64,000 bases of DNA from Anthoceros angustus. Lineage: Eukaryota; Plantae; Anthocerotophyta. The notes below the pieces were generated by a model. The model saw only the letters and a list, made by a program, of their open reading frames with translations, was not told the DNA's origin and searched no databases. Below are positions 63,043 to 64,000 of this stretch, piece by piece (position 1 is the first letter of the stretch; the number at the start of each line of letters is the position of its first letter). Position numbers and translations under genes: made by a program. The stretch spans positions 327,810 through 391,809 of the forward strand of contig MU008204.1 of assembly GCA_010909165.1 (NCBI GenBank). The letters are read 5' to 3'.

Positions 63043-63424
63043 CATACATAAACACGTGTATGTATATATATATTTATACTTACATATATTTGTAACCTAA
63101 ACATAATATTATTTACCTATGTCTAAGTTCATGGGTGCGAGGCTCACTCTACGTTCGGAGACAAGGAGGAGGACGGGGAGAGGAGGAGGAGGAAGAGGAG
63201 GAGAGGAGGAAGGGGAGAGGCAAGGAGGAAAAGGGGAAAGGAGGTAGAGGAGGAGAGGAGAGGAGGAGGAGGAGGAGGAGGAGGAGGAGGAGAGGAGAGG
63301 AAGGGCGAGAGGGAAGGACGAGGAGGGGAAAGAAAGGAGGAGGGGAGATTATAAGGAGGAGGAGGAAGATGGAAAATAAGAGGAGCAAGAGGAGGGGAGA
63401 GGAAGGAGGGGAGGAAGGAGGGGC
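62994..63424. repeat. (TC)n(TA)n microsatellite and purine-rich (GGA/GA) low-complexity tract
   Basis: Directly visible. Confidence 0.95.
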
Positions 63425-64000
63425 ATCATGTATCTAAGTTTTCCTTTACTTTCCAACATGGATATGACGGACATTTTGACTCGACGGTTCTTACCTACCC
63501 AAATTTTGATTGCGAATTTGAAAGGAGACGGCGCAGACGTGGTCCGCAGCGGCGAATTGTGCGGTGGCACGTGATCGCAGATACGCCGATGGCCGTGGCG
63601 CCCACGCTCGCAAACGAATGTGCGCTTATCGCCCAATGTTGCCGTGGCCGTGGTGTTCAACCCGCCTAGACGCTTCGCCCACAACCGCAGTGGCAAGATG
63701 CCACTCACCTTTGCAAAGCTGCACAAACAGCCTCCTCCTCTTCTATCTTTTCCGACCGGATCACGCCACTCTTGGTCCGGACCAGATTTGCTCCTCCATT
63801 TGTGGGTCCAGCCACCGATCCGCCAAGAACTTGGTTTTGTACATGCCGATTTGATGTCACCGACATTGCGCTGGCCCACCGTGTGCTCACTCCTTTCTCA
63901 CGATGGTATGCTAGTACTCGGTCTAAGGAATGGGTTTCAATCTATCCGCGATCCACCGCAAAGAATCGGGTTGGAGGATGGATAGTCTTTCCAATTGTGC

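Noticed and set aside
62792-63437. YIYI and E/R/G-rich ORFs
   Set aside because: Microsatellite and low-complexity translations.

Overview
Eukaryotic, repeat-rich nuclear DNA from a land plant. The evidence is spliceosomal introns, scattered TTTAGGG motifs, PLS-class PPR genes and plant LTR/CACTA elements. The 'SWWTD' PG-box variant suggests a seed-free plant such as a hornwort, lycophyte or fern (inference). Host-type genes: a SYF1/XAB2 pseudogene fragment split by a ~600-bp (GGGCA)n tract, two tandem PLS-PPR organellar RNA-editing-factor genes (E1-E2-E+, no intact DYW), an intronless divergent PLATZ gene and a small RING-H2 ORF. Mobile DNA: Gypsy, Copia and chromovirus remnants, CRE-like non-LTR remnants, a complete non-autonomous CACTA with TIRs and TSD, and two diverged copies of a Sola-like DDE transposase. 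The most interesting signal is at ~7.8-16.8 kb. There the Sola-like transposase, which has a C-terminal SH3/chromo-like domain, is divergently paired with a frameshifted gene encoding a ParB-like domain fused to a bacterial/phage-type beta-class N6-adenine/N4-cytosine DNA methyltransferase. This looks like a large plant DNA transposon carrying its own amino-methyltransferase. Several tandem duplications differ mainly by small indels, so some frameshifts and duplications may be assembly errors. All domain calls are manual motif recognition; no searches were run.
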